Below, piece by piece: positions 1 through 13,810 of a stretch of DNA of 64,000 nt. Source of the DNA: Octopus vulgaris (Eukaryota); contig OX597832.1 of the NCBI GenBank assembly GCA_951406725.2, positions 19,096,001 through 19,160,000 of the forward strand. Reading direction: 5' to 3'. How positions within the stretch are numbered: position 1 is the first letter of the stretch; the number at the start of each line of letters is the position of its first letter. The notes beneath the pieces are model-generated. The model worked only from the letters and a program-made list of their open reading frames with translations, was not told where the DNA came from and did not search any database. A program made the translations under genes and the position numbers.

Positions 1-98
1 TGTGCGTATCGAACTCATTAGTTTTCATATTGCGTGTTGTTTACTGTTGGTGATGTCCTGTACCCATATATGCATATCTCTCTCTCTCTCTCTCTCTG

Positions 99-160
<62 letters not shown>

Positions 161-162
161 TA

Positions 163-1060
<898 letters not shown>

Positions 1061-1383
1061 AAGAATATATATACTTATATATGCATGTGTATGTGTCACT
1101 GTATGTTCATGCGCCCGTACCTTGCATGTGTGTTCATGTGTACCTGCGTGAGTGTATATGTTTATATTTTTATTACATTTGCTTAGAAACATATATGTTA
1201 CTATAAAATATATATATATAGATAAGTATATATGAGTCTGTGTTGCGGGGTATTTACACGCCCGTGCTCACATACACACACAACACACGCACACACACAC
1301 ACAAACACACATATATATATATACATGCATAGATAAACATAGGTTATATATATGTTTTAAACTCGCCAAGAAAAATTTTGAAA

Positions 1384-1440
1384 CCACCTGATGAATGACT
1401 GCGACTCAAAAAGACAGCAGGCAGGAAACGATCGTAGTGG
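1384..1440 (+). ncRNA. Minimal type-I hammerhead ribozyme motif (Penelope-like element type)
   Basis: ccac-CTGATGA-[atgactgc..gcaggcag, 6 of 8 pairs]-GAAAC-gatc-GTA-gtgg. Helix I is ccac/gtgg; helix III is the palindrome ACGATCGT. Confidence 0.65.
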
Positions 1441-1559
1441 ATATTAATTATATTTTTTAATAATTGTTACATATTTAAATAATATAAATTAATCATATGT
1501 ATTGGCTTAAGTGTTTCATTGTTTGATTTGCCTAATAGTGGTTTTGTCTCTAATTTAAT

Positions 1560-1562
1560 ATA

Positions 1563-1633
<71 letters not shown>

Positions 1634-1776
1634 GTATATATGTATATATGTATGTATATTTGTATACATACGTAAAATATAAATATATACATATAAGCAT
1701 ACACAAATATATAGTAACAGACATGGAAAAACTTCGATTTATATATATATAAATATATAAATATATATATATATGA

Positions 1777-1862
<86 letters not shown>

Positions 1863-1878
1863 CATACATATATATATA
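1560..1878. repeat. (TA)n-rich compound microsatellite
   Basis: Directly visible. Confidence 0.95.
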
Positions 1879-2320
1879 TTCAAGACGTCTGTCATGTACA
1901 GATATTAGCACGAGCAACCTCACGAAATATTGGCGTAATCAGAGACTGAAGGAATGTGAAGTCCACAAGACTGATTCACAGCTGATCTGACGCAGACGTA
2001 CGCAGTAGGTTGACAATTATATATTTCTCACGTTACTGCGACAGAGTGGCTACAAATGGCCTGTAAACTTTAACTACGAGGAAGACAGGAAATAACTATC
2101 ATATACAATTATCCTTTTGAAGTCCTACTTTCACAGTAAAAATACATCGAATGCAGGTTTTTCTTATTTTATTTTTGTTGTTGTTTTCAGTTGTGGATTA
2201 AGTGATAAGAACTCAGGTTCCACTCAGTGAAAGTTACAATCCAACGAGGGAAAATCTATATCCTTATTCGCCTGCCAAGATGTAGGAGTGGGATTTTCTG
2301 TCAAACTCTATCCTATAATG

Positions 2321-2390
2321 TAAAGTATAGAAGCCATCTTATCATGGCTAACCACATTGGGGAGGGGGTGTTACTGTAGCTTTATAGCCC
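2321..2390 (+). repeat. Unclassified dispersed repeat, second copy at 8523-8595 (-)
   Basis: aagtatagaagccatctta.catggctaaccaca...gggtgttactgtagctttatagccc is shared in opposite orientation. Confidence 0.7.
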
Positions 2391-2892
2391 CCAGAGATCT
2401 TCGTCTCTAGCTGGCTTTAGACACAATATCTGTGTCTATAAGTATTTTAAAAAATAAGGAAGCAGTAGATAAGATAGTTCTCGGTACACTATAACCAACA
2501 GCATCAATAATACCTTTGCAAAAATCAATGGTGTTGCCTGTGGTAAGCGCTTAGCTTTACCGACCTTTCCCCGGGTCACGTATCCTATACAGGCTTATAC
2601 GTTAAACCAAACATTATCACTTCCATTTACCCGCCTCCCGCGGTGACCGTTTCTTTGCCCCCCCACCTCTCTCTCTTAGCAGCTACGCTACCGGACATCG
2701 CTGATCATCCGTCTGATGTATAAGAAAACACCTGAGACTATATAACGACCATTTTTTAAAATCAAATACTAATATAAGTAATATAGTCTATCTATATTGT
2801 CTGTTTATTTATTTGAATTTCAAGAAATAGCAACTAATAAATTGTCAAGTACACAACGTTTGGAAAACTGTGACGGAATATAATACATTTGA

Positions 2893-2959
2893 CAGAATCA
2901 AATTCAGAACCTCGCGTTTGGAAGCCCGACGCTCTAACCACTACACCATGCGTCGTCAC
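2893..2959 (-). mobile_element. tRNA-derived SINE head fragment
   Basis: Reverse complement gcatggtgtagtggttagagcgtcgggctt...gaggttctgaatttgattc resembles the head at 15358. Confidence 0.55.
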
Positions 2960-2974
2960 TCTAATATATAAACT

Positions 2975-3177
2975 AGTGGCTTCGGAAAAGTTCTTGGTTT
3001 CAAGGGTATCGTGAAAAGCCTCGCTGGAAGCTTAAACTTCTGAGCCCTTTTACAGAGCTCAGGAAAACTGAAGGACCGCTACAATGAGTGTGTGAATCTG
3101 AGAAGGTAATATGATCAATAAAATCATAATTAACTGATCCTCCTATATTTTCATTTACCCAAAGACAGCACGTTCAG
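2975..3177 (+). mobile_element. Mariner-derived MITE (degenerate)
   Basis: Homologous to 31931-32035 and 41990-42197. Retains a mariner transposase C-terminus-like relic (cgctacaatgagtgtgtgaatctgaga...tatgatcaataa, similar to R.nkCVnl.G.Yve*). Confidence 0.6.
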
Positions 3178-3713
3178 CCTATTGCGCAATGTCAGTCTCG
3201 AATGTCATGGTCATAAACAACATAATTCAACCTGTCACATGGACATTTCTGCTGCGATTGCACTGGCAACCCGACAATGGTTGCTTGGAGAGAACGATGG
3301 TTGTTTGGAGAGGATTATTGGACACCATGTGGAATGAAAACCACAATGTGTAAAAGGGTGGAAGAGTTCATAAAAGACATAGGTAAAAAAAAACAAAAAT
3401 TGAGGCCAGCTGTTTACGAGCCTCGTGGCAAAATTACACCAGTTGTTATTATCCAGGGAACCAAAAACAGTAAATGGTTCCACATATGTCATTAACATTT
3501 TAAACAAGTGCCAGTTTAGGCTGTTGATGGGATTTGCTTACTCCAAAGTCATCTATCAAGGTTATCCTGAAAAAAAATGGAAAAGAAATCGAGCAAAAAA
3601 TGTAAAATCCTTTCGCTTTCATGCGATGAAAAACTTTACCTGTACGTCGGTAATACAGGATGCAATCATCAATTAAAGATGTGATTTTCTCCATAACAGT
3701 GTTGTTGTGTGAG

Positions 3714-3778
<65 letters not shown>

Positions 3779-4318
3779 ATAACTATATATATATATACGT
3801 ACATACACACACACACACACACATGTATATATATAAAGGTGGTAGAACAAAGATATATAAACTGATGTTTACGAAAACATATCCATTCAAGTCATACGTA
3901 TTCCGTGATATTTCAAGGATTTAATTCCTAACCATATTTATATGTATTTGTTTTTATTCCTAATAATTCTCTTAATTTTCATATCTGTACTTTTTTTTTT
4001 TCATAACAGCTGTGGTTCCTTTTTATCGAATCTTATATTTATGCAAACAAAATTCTTTTCAAGTAATCTCGTTTTTTTAGAATGATTGGATTTCTCTTTA
4101 ATTGGTGTTTATGTAGTTTTTGCGTCCGTTCCATGAATACATTCCTTTTAGTGTGTGGGTGTCTATACACACACACACACACACACACTCACAAGCACAC
4201 TCACACACACTCACAAGCACACACACACACAAATATGTTATAATACATGTGATGCACAATATGTCCATATGTGTTTACATGTATATATATCGGGTATGCC
4301 TGTGTGTGTGTCTGTGTC

Positions 4319-4350
<32 letters not shown>

Positions 4351-4654
4351 AACATACCTAAAATATCCATGTGTAATGTCTTCTACGTTCCTATTTATTT
4401 TCATTTCCATATTTTAAAATTCTATCGTACGTTCCCTCTATATTATATATATATATATATGTGTGTGTGTATTTATATGTTGGTATGCGTGAGTGTATGT
4501 GTGCACATGCGTGCGTGCGTGTATGTGTATGTTTGTGCCACACACATTCATGCAAAAATATATATGCGTGAGTGTTGATGCATTGTTATGTGTATGTTTG
4601 TATTTCTGTGTGTGTTGTTACATGTGAGTGTGTGTGTGTGTCTCTCTGTGTGTG

Positions 4655-4694
<40 letters not shown>

Positions 4695-4937
4695 CATACA
4701 TATATATATATAGCTACAGTTATATATATACGTTTATATAAAATGCATGTGTGCACGTAAATGAACGCATGTGTTCAGATATGGACGTATATATGCACAC
4801 ACAATAAATATCTAAATATACATGTGTATAAATATTCCTAAATATATACACATATATACATACAAATACGCACACATCCATCCATACATACACACCTACA
4901 TATATACATACGTATGAGTGGTTATACGCACACACAC

Positions 4938-4993
4938 GTAGAATTTCATACACACACGCACGTGTGTGTGTGTGTGTGTGTATGAAATTCTAC
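4938..4993. repeat. Palindrome centred on a CA/TG microsatellite
   Basis: gtagaatttcatacacacac (4938-4957) is the exact reverse complement of 4974-4993. Confidence 0.85.
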
Positions 4994-5575
4994 ATGTAAT
5001 ACACATGTATAGTATCTCCTATATATTTTTATTATTTATAAGTTTACACTTCCCATCCTCAGTATCTATCTTTTAGCTATTGTTGTAATAGTTCACATAT
5101 CAATGCCTTCACAAATTATTTTAATTCTCATGCTGTCGTCGACATCTGTTCAACGTAGCAATGCTAAGGTTTTAAGCCAGCGTAGCTCAGTCCTAGCTTG
5201 AATTTCATATCACGGACAATATTCACTAACGTTGTCGCGCTGGGGGAGTGCGAGTCGTTAGACAATGTTTATACAATGATTTTTCCACAAACCACTGAAC
5301 CATGATTTGTTCAGAGAATGTGGTCGCATACAAACATTAGCCAAAGGACTATCAGATAATAGACAAAGACGTGCGCGTTTAATTGTTACCATTTTCTGAC
5401 CCTTATTGATGCATAAAACATAACTACACATGAACAAACACATACACACATGCTGATAACATTCACACATACACACACAGCAGTATTCATATATATACAC
5501 ATATATGTATATGTGTGTGTATGTATATATATGTATGTATTTATATTCATATATATACAAGCTCAGGCATACACA

Positions 5576-5616
<41 letters not shown>

Positions 5617-5745
5617 TTCTGTTCTAGGAGAAGTCGTATATTTATAAATCTATGTCGCATGCTGTAAACACTATATGCTTACACGCTTATTTATTCTTTC
5701 TCATACACATACATACAGAAATACTCACACACTCACAGACACACA

Positions 5746-5843
<98 letters not shown>

Positions 5844-6185
5844 CATACATACATAGAAAAACACACACATACATACACACGCACGGACACACAGACGCGA
5901 AAGTGTGTGTGCTTGTATGTATGTATGTATGTATGTATCTATGTATGTATATAGAAAGAGAGAGAGAGAGAGAGTGTGGGTGAGATGGCATAAACAGCAT
6001 CTTTCACATGATGATAAAGATGCTGCCAATCATACTGATTAAAATGATGAGGAGGAAGAGGATGCTGAGGGGGATTTTGAAGACGAAGAAAGTGATGAAG
6101 TCGTCGATTATGAAAATGACAGTGTAGTATAGAGGGAGGGCTATGAGAATATGAGTACTGGAAAAAAAAATAATAATCATGATAT

Positions 6186-6220
<35 letters not shown>

Positions 6221-6317
6221 GTATTATTAATAATAATAATCATTAAGAATATTTATGATGAAAATGTCCACTTCGCTGTATTTTAATGCGTAACATTTTC
6301 TGTATAACTGAATATGG

Positions 6318-6387
<70 letters not shown>

Positions 6388-6552
6388 GTATGTATTCATA
6401 TGCTCATATCCCCGTTTACTACCATCGTGTAACGTACGGGTTTGTGTATATACATATCTATATGTACAACCACACAACCATCCTAAACACACTCTCACAA
6501 GCACACGTGTATATATACACATATATATAATATATATATATATATATATGCT

Positions 6553-6586
<34 letters not shown>

Positions 6587-6590
6587 TGCT

Positions 6591-6637
<47 letters not shown>

Positions 6638-6650
6638 CAAAACTAAATCT

Positions 6651-6733
<83 letters not shown>

Positions 6734-7188
6734 TGCACTGTGTTTAAAGCATTTAACGCATCGTAAATGGAAAGCACTGAAACAAGCACTTGATGACACG
6801 CTGTGTGTTAAATAAGTAAACAGCTGTATTCTATGCATTTGATGTAACGAAAACAGAAATTTCGTCGACGAATCTCCTAGCGACCGTCGTGGCGGCATGT
6901 GACAGCTCATCGGAGAAGACATAAACTAGTGTCTCAGCAAATGCAGTCCTGATACATGTTAGTGTCTTTGTTGACAGGCTAATTTGCATTATACGCCTTT
7001 CGCGCCTCGCCATTAGTGAAACGAAATTTGTTTTCTGACCGAGTGGTTAGTAGTTATCTCCTCGCTAAATAGTTCCGCGTTCAGTCACCACAGCGTGGGG
7101 AATTCTACTATGTACCCGGGCCGACCAAACTTGTCTATTTGGCTGAGGAAAAGTGAAAGAAGACCGTCATACATACATATATATATGC

Positions 7189-7457
7189 TACACATCGCTG
7201 GTCACAATGCGCTTCGCATTGTTTTTAGCCTTCAAAATGACGCCACCCCGCTGGCTAAGCGAGCAGGCCAACAGAAGAAAGGGTGAGAGAAAGTTGTGGC
7301 GAAAGAGTACAGCAGGGACCACCACCTCTCCCTGCCGGAGCATCGTGGAGCTTTAGGTGTTTTTGCTCAATAAACACTAACAACGCCATGTCTGAGAAAC
7401 GAAACTGCGATCCTACGACCGCGAGTCCGCTGCCCGAACCACTGGGCCATTGCACCT

Positions 7458-7460
<3 letters not shown>
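7189..7460 (-). mobile_element. SINE group B (tRNA head), tail type Y
   Basis: Reverse complement ggaggtgcaatggcccagtgg...gtttcgtttctcagac. Colinear with the copy at 27191-27496. Confidence 0.85.
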
Positions 7461-7522
<62 letters not shown>

Positions 7523-7754
7523 GGTGTACTTGCATAGCAAGTGACCTGATCTGAGATCGTGTGCTGGAACGAAAACAATTGCAGAGTGGAAGGTGCTTAT
7601 CAGCCATTTAAGAGACATACGAAAACCGTTACGTTGAGTTCAACATTTCAATTTAATTTGCCAAAATATTTTCATCGCTTTGAGACTGCGACCTCTTCAC
7701 GTAAACGCACCAACAGCAGTTGTCAAGCGATGATGGTAGGACAAACACACACAC

Positions 7755-8450
7755 GTTTATTTTCGTTTATTTTCATTTGTCTTGCTTATTTTTATACTTT
7801 GGCTTTTTGCTGAATTTTTTCTTGAGAACACATTCTTCGGGCAACATGGCGATTTTGACGTCTATATCTAGCATACAGGCTGTCCACTTTTAGTGGTCAG
7901 TCCTCTAAGTTTTGTATGTAAAAAAAAATTTAATCTTCGGATATTTTTAAATATACTAGGCCACTGATTTTAATTGATTAATATCAATTTCTACACTTAT
8001 TTCATTTTGAATTTACAAAATGTTCTCTAGCCGGTAAATTAACTGCTGTAGTTTATTAACTGCAGAGTACTTTCAGATCTCAGCGCGACAGAGTGAATGC
8101 CTTTGAAAGATCCACATAAATATAATTTGTACAACTTTAAACATGCTGGATTTCGGTCGAGTGTCCTGTATCTAGTTCTGGAAATTGTGTTTTGTAAACG
8201 ACAGACCATGCTGATGATCTTGCAGATGTTTATGTATCCATATACGTGAATATTAACAAGTGAAACTAATTAGTACAAAGGTAATTGTTTTTTATTTCGT
8301 ATATTTTCATGTGTCTTGCTTATTTTTATACTTTGTTTTTTTTTGCTGAGATTTTTTTGAGAACACATTCTTCGTTGTAAATGGCGATTTGACGTCTATG
8401 TTTAGCATACAGGCTGTCCACTTTTAGTGGTCAGTCTCTAAATTTTGTTC
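7755..8450 (+). mobile_element. Non-coding element with ~155-bp direct repeats (period 534 bp) and an internal hammerhead; Penelope-pLTR / retrozyme-like
   Basis: 7757-7915 repeats at 8291-8450 (cttgc at 7781/8315, gcatac at 7871/8405). Ends in (TA)n. A third copy lies at 55210-55380 (-). Confidence 0.7.
8206..8281 (+). ncRNA. Minimal type-I hammerhead ribozyme motif
   Basis: ccatg-CTGATGA(8211-8217)-tcttg...caagt-GAAAC(8262-8266)-taatta-GTA(8273-8275)-caaagg. Helix III is the perfect palindrome ACTAATTAGT; helix I is imperfect. Confidence 0.65.
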
Positions 8451-8589
8451 ATATATATATATATATATATATATAGCATTATTAAATCTCAGAATGAGAT
8501 GTAAACAGTAATCGCTCGATAGCCTGGGGCTATAAAGCTACAGTAACACCCCTCCCCTTTGTGGTTAGCCATGTTAAGATGGCTTCTAT

Positions 8590-8666
<77 letters not shown>

Positions 8667-8749
8667 ATTCGCATTTATGCAACACTCAAATTAAAACTAT
8701 TTCATATTAGATTGAAATATTACTGAATATAGCTGGTAGGGTACGAAAT

Positions 8750-8878
8750 TATTATTCTTTAAGAATAGTATTAATAGTAACTTCGAAGTTTCGGCCAGCT
8801 AAGCTCTCATTGGCCAGTCCGATAATGGCTTAACAGGCTGTAACTTTGAAGTTATTCTGAATACTATTCTTTTTAACG

Positions 8879-8885
<7 letters not shown>
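8750..8885. repeat. Imperfect fold-back element abutting (TA)n
   Basis: Arms of ~65 bp: gaatagtatt...taacttcgaagtt.cggcc.gctaagc versus gcttaacaggctgtaactttgaagtta...aatactattc. Confidence 0.75.
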
Positions 8886-8962
<77 letters not shown>

Positions 8963-9538
8963 GTGTGTGTGTGTGTGTGTCTATGTATATATCAATTTAT
9001 GTATACATCTATCTTTAGACAGAAAAATGGTACAAAAGAGCATCGTTTTGCGTCATAACAGAAAATATGAATATAAAAACAAAACGTTATTGAAAGCATC
9101 CGAAATTCTTTACCCGATTAGCTAAACACGAGTTTAGCTTTTAAAACAAAAGCTTATTCCACGTGAAAATGTAGTACCAATATATACCATTATGACAAGT
9201 CGACGATGTTTGCCGCTTATGTTAGTTCCACGTAGTTGAATACAAAGAAAATAATTTAGCATGTGACAATGGAAATGGAACCCAATAAGTATAAAATAGG
9301 AATGAGTTCAAGTTATGATACACATTGCAATGTTACCTCTATATCTGTGAGTTTTGGTCACGTACGCACTGGAGCAAATGTCTACTTAGTACCTGATGTC
9401 GCTGTTAGAAACAACATACCTCGGGGTATATGAGCTATATATATATATATATATATATAGATATATAGATATATACTCATAAGTATGTATGTATGCTTTC
9501 ATGAATATACATATATCTGCATATGTTTGTATGTATAA

Positions 9539-9621
<83 letters not shown>

Positions 9622-11351
9622 CACCAAATGGCGGTGCCCCAGCATGGCCACAGCTCGTGAGCTGAGACTAGCTCAGTTCCTTCTTGGCGAAGATACAACA
9701 GCGGTTTTCCACTGCCTTCAAATGATTTATTGTTTGTCTGTAATTTCCAGCTCTTCGAAACTTTACTTTGAGAGGCATGGTTTATTCGACCCTTGGGCCG
9801 TGAAATTTGTTTATGATACCGGTGCATATAAACACACAGGTAGAGACATGGCTGTTGATAGATCTCTCCTAATCAATAATTACAGTATTACCTTCGTTTA
9901 TATGATCCATAATTTGGGTTAGTGATATATCTAAAGAACTTGGAAAACGATGCAACTTGGAGTATCACTGACTAAGAAGTAACTTCTTACTCCGTAAAAC
10001 TTTTGATTTCCCGAAATCGAACGTAGCATCAGATGAAGTTTAAGGCTTGTATCTCAACAATTCTATCTAAGAGTTTGATAAACTTTAACTTACGATATTT
10101 ATACGGACTGAATTTAAAAAAGAAAAAAAAAGGGAAAATATCTGAAGACATATACCTTTCAAAAAATTTCGTGAGCTGAAACTAGATGAAAATGAAAAGG
10201 AAAAAATATTATATATAAATGTTCGTGAGTATGTGTGGGTGACAGAGGGAAAATGAAAAGTATTTACTTCGCAGAATTAAACTAACATTATGTAATAAAG
10301 GCCAATATTAGAACTAAAAGGTATAAAACAAATTTCTTTCTAGTATAGGCAAATTTTTACAAACTTGGGTGTTGGTTAGTCGAGTATGTCGACAGACGTA
10401 CTCGACTAGTACCGTTGGTATTAAAAGTAAAAGACTGACCGTGATGTGATTCGAACTCATGACGTAAAGAGTCGAAAAAATACCGCAATGCATTGTGTTT
10501 GGCACTCTAACAATTCTACTTTAAGACCTATAATACACATCTTCTGAACGAAAGCACCAAATTAAAAGTTTTTCCGAAGGAACATTAGAAGCTAACGATT
10601 TCTCTAGATCCTCAGCATTTTTCGGCGAGTGTCTGACTGTTCCTATTTGTCATCAACTTCGCTAAATATTTTTGGCGATAAACAACTTCTTTACTCCTTG
10701 AAATATAATATTATTAGTAATTTTGCAAATTCTACCGAAAAATACTTTATCAAAGTACTCATCTGTACGACATAAATATAATTATTCGACTGAGCCCATA
10801 CACCCTAAAAGAAGTTTCTATGTGATACACTTATATTGTCTACAGCGTAGAGGGCTCTTGAGAAAAAATATTTCTTTGTCTACGTTGGTGACGCCTTGAC
10901 GTCATCTTGGACAAAGAAACATTTCATTACAGCACTCCTTACTGCCTTTGGAATGTGAACATAAAACCCGTTATTTAAGAAACAACACATAACTTCAGTC
11001 GCGCATGCGCACAGACTTTCACACATGAATGTATATATACGTATTCTTTTTATATCCTTGTTTAGGATGCCTGTGAAGATACTCCACTTTCAATGTTAGG
11101 TAATATTTTGTAAAATTTACCACAACTCTCATATGTATGATTTGTAGTTTATCGATCCAGGAATGTTAAAATTGCTAATCATCTACTAAGAATTACTGAA
11201 CGATGTCTTGGTAAAACTTGATGCTATACCATGCGATACAAAAGCTTATCGATCCAGGAGTGATAAAATTGCTAAACATTAGCAAACTATTACCGAACGA
11301 TAGCTCGGTGAGACCTGATGCTATACCGTGCGATACAGAAACTTATCGATC

Positions 11352-11737
11352 TGGTTGGCACTCCGTCGGTTACGACGACGAGGGATCCAGTTGATCCAAT
11401 CAACGGAACAACTTGCTCGTGAAATTAACGTGCAAGTGGCAGAACACTCCACAGATACGTGTACCCTTAACGTAGTTCTTGGGGAGATTCAGCGTGTTAC
11501 AGAGTGTGATTAGGCTGGCCCTTTGAAATACAGGTACAACAGAAAGAGGAAGAAAGAGTGAGAGAAATTTGTGGTGAAAGAGTACAGCAGGGTTCACCAC
11601 CATCCCCTGCCGGAGCCTCGTGGAACTTTTAGGTGTTTTCGCTCAATAAACACTCACAACGCCCGTTCTGGCAATCGAAACCGCGATCCTACGACCTCGA
11701 GTCCGCTGCCCTAACCAGAGGGTCATTGCACCTCCAC
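11352..11737 (-). mobile_element. SINE group B, tail type X, full length with 11-bp TSD
   Basis: tRNA-like head at the right end. TSD acttatcgatc at 11341-11351 and 11738-11748. Confidence 0.9.
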
Positions 11738-11766
11738 ACTTATCGATCGAGGAATGATAAAATTGC

Positions 11767-12200
11767 AGATCTTTACGGTTTAAACGGCAATTTTTAACAT
11801 AATTTCTAGGTAACTAAAAAAAAATTAAACTTCGTATACTGGTAGAATGTGTTTATAAAACATATTTTTCTCTTGGCTTTATTGAGAAAATCCTATAGAT
11901 TGTAAGATATTTGGGGTTTTTTTCTTCAATTTCTGCAATTTCAACCAATCAATGACATCCATTGAGGTAAAAAAAACATTCTGTGCCATATGAATATGTC
12001 CCTCGTTTAAGAAACAGATTGGGTTTATTTACATTTGTGAAGAAAAAAAGATACCCTCCACCCACCCTTAACCCTAACCCTAACTAACCTTAACCCTACA
12101 ACAGATTGAAATGCAATAGATCGATACTAGGGTCATAATTGTGGGTGACAATTTCATATGACACCGCTAGAAAAAACTGCCGTTCAAACCGAAAAGATCC
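11767..12200. mobile_element. Non-autonomous TIR DNA transposon (MITE), 8-bp TSD
   Basis: TIRs gatctttacggtttaaacggcaattttt versus reverse complement gatcttttcggtttgaacggcagttttt (3 mismatches in 28). TSD aaaattgc at 11759-11766 and 12201-12208. Internal (TAACCC)-like run at ~12065-12098. Confidence 0.9.
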
Positions 12201-13331
12201 AAAATTGCTATTCAACAGTTAAGAATTATGAAATGATATCTCAGTAAGACCTCATGCTATGCCATACCGTACAGGAACATAACTAACGGCATAATAAACG
12301 TATAGGGTACTCTAGAAATTATTCTATCTCCCTCGTAATAAAAGCTAGGTGTAACTGGCAACGTTTAAAAGACGGTCGGCTCTAGGATCACTGTGCTTTA
12401 ACGGGCAAATATATTTCTTCGGCTGTGTATGCATATACTGACTCATTCTTAAAACCTGTTTCACTGGAAATTTATTGAAGTAAAAAAATATATAAACGAA
12501 AACTAAATTCTACGTAACTTACTTTCACCTATTTACTCTCTCACACTTTCTCGACCCCCCTCTCTCTCTCTCTCTGCTTCTTGCTTTTACTCTTTCTCCC
12601 TCTCCTTCAATCTTAATATTTCTATGTCTCTTTTACGCTATCTCTTTGACACTCTCACCTTTTCCTCCCCGATTTCCTCGTTCTGTATCTCATTTCTTGC
12701 CCAGCATTACCAAATTAATAGCGTAATTTAAGTTTTATCTACATAATTATCTCTACCTTCGAATAGATAATTACCAGTGGAAATTTCGATGGTAATTCCA
12801 TGCTGTAAGTTGCAGAATATCAGACGCTAAATTATATACCTGTCCACGTTATAGATTGTATGTAAATATCGTCCATTATTTATTGTAATTATAAAGCATC
12901 TACGTACTCTATAATATTCAAATGACCAAAGAAGAATCGAAATGATTTCTACATCTGATTACAAAATACAGTTTCTATTGATTTTCCAAATTCATAAAGC
13001 TCTTCCATAGATACATAATACATACATACATACATACGTTTATGAGCATACTCATACACCAAAATCACGCATACAGATGTGTATATATATTGGCTAAACT
13101 GGCAATATGACCATTCCGAAATATAACAATATATATATATATATATATGCCAAGTCGATGAAGTGCTACTTCAGTGCTTAAAACAGTAGATATTACGTTG
13201 CGTGCAACCGAGATGACAACACAGTGGTACCGAAGCAATTGTCTCTGGTCACTATTGATATGTTAAAAACATTTTTTCTCTTCGTATATGGATTATGTTT
13301 TACTCTTCGCGAGAAACATGAGACATTGATG

Positions 13332-13462
13332 CATCTCCTTGCGAACTACGTTAAGGGTACACGTGTCTGTGGAATGCTCAGCCACTTGCACGTTAATTCC
13401 ACGAGCAAGCTGTTCCGTTGATCGTATCAGCTGCGGCCCTCGTCGTCGTAACCGACGGAGTG

Positions 13463-13465
<3 letters not shown>
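13332..13465 (+). mobile_element. 5'-truncated tail-X fragment (SINE or partner LINE 3' end)
   Basis: gaactacgttaagggtacacgt...cgtaaccgacggagtgc matches the reverse complement of 11356-11490. Confidence 0.8.
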
Positions 13466-13502
<37 letters not shown>

Positions 13503-13721
13503 TGGAGAGAGAAGGAGAGAGAAAGAGAGCGAAGGAGATAAATACACACATATTATACATTTATATATAATTATTCTTCCCAGAGAATATTGTTGACAGT
13601 GACCGCGAAGTTGCACTCATCATATTCACTGTCTACAACTATAAACAAAATTATACAGTAACGTATCAGATTAATGTAAAATTAATTTTATTATAACTGA
13701 ACATAAAAACTAGCAATATAT

Positions 13722-13810
13722 ACTTTACTCTTTTACACTTTTCAGTAATTTGACTTCGGCCATGCTGGAGCACCGCCTTTAGCCGAACAAATCGATCCCA
13801 GGAATTATAT
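13722..13810 (-). mobile_element. SINE A tail fragment
   Basis: ttgacttcggccatgctggagcaccgcctttag. Confidence 0.75.

Larger units (their letters stand above)
11149..12280 (+). repeat. Three copies of a ~97-bp tandem repeat, the third split by a SINE and a TIR element
   Basis: Units start ttatcgatc at 11149, 11246 and 11343. The third resumes at 11740-11766 and 12201-12280. Confidence 0.85.

Noticed and set aside
11149-11350. CRISPR-like periodicity, and a ctgatgc...gaaac hammerhead-like string at ~11315-11350
   Set aside because: Whole units are homologous with no unique spacers, in a eukaryotic context. The core A9 is missing and there is no helix I.
12065-12098. (TAACCC)-like run as a telomere or interstitial telomere
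   Set aside because: Short, degenerate and internal to a TIR element.
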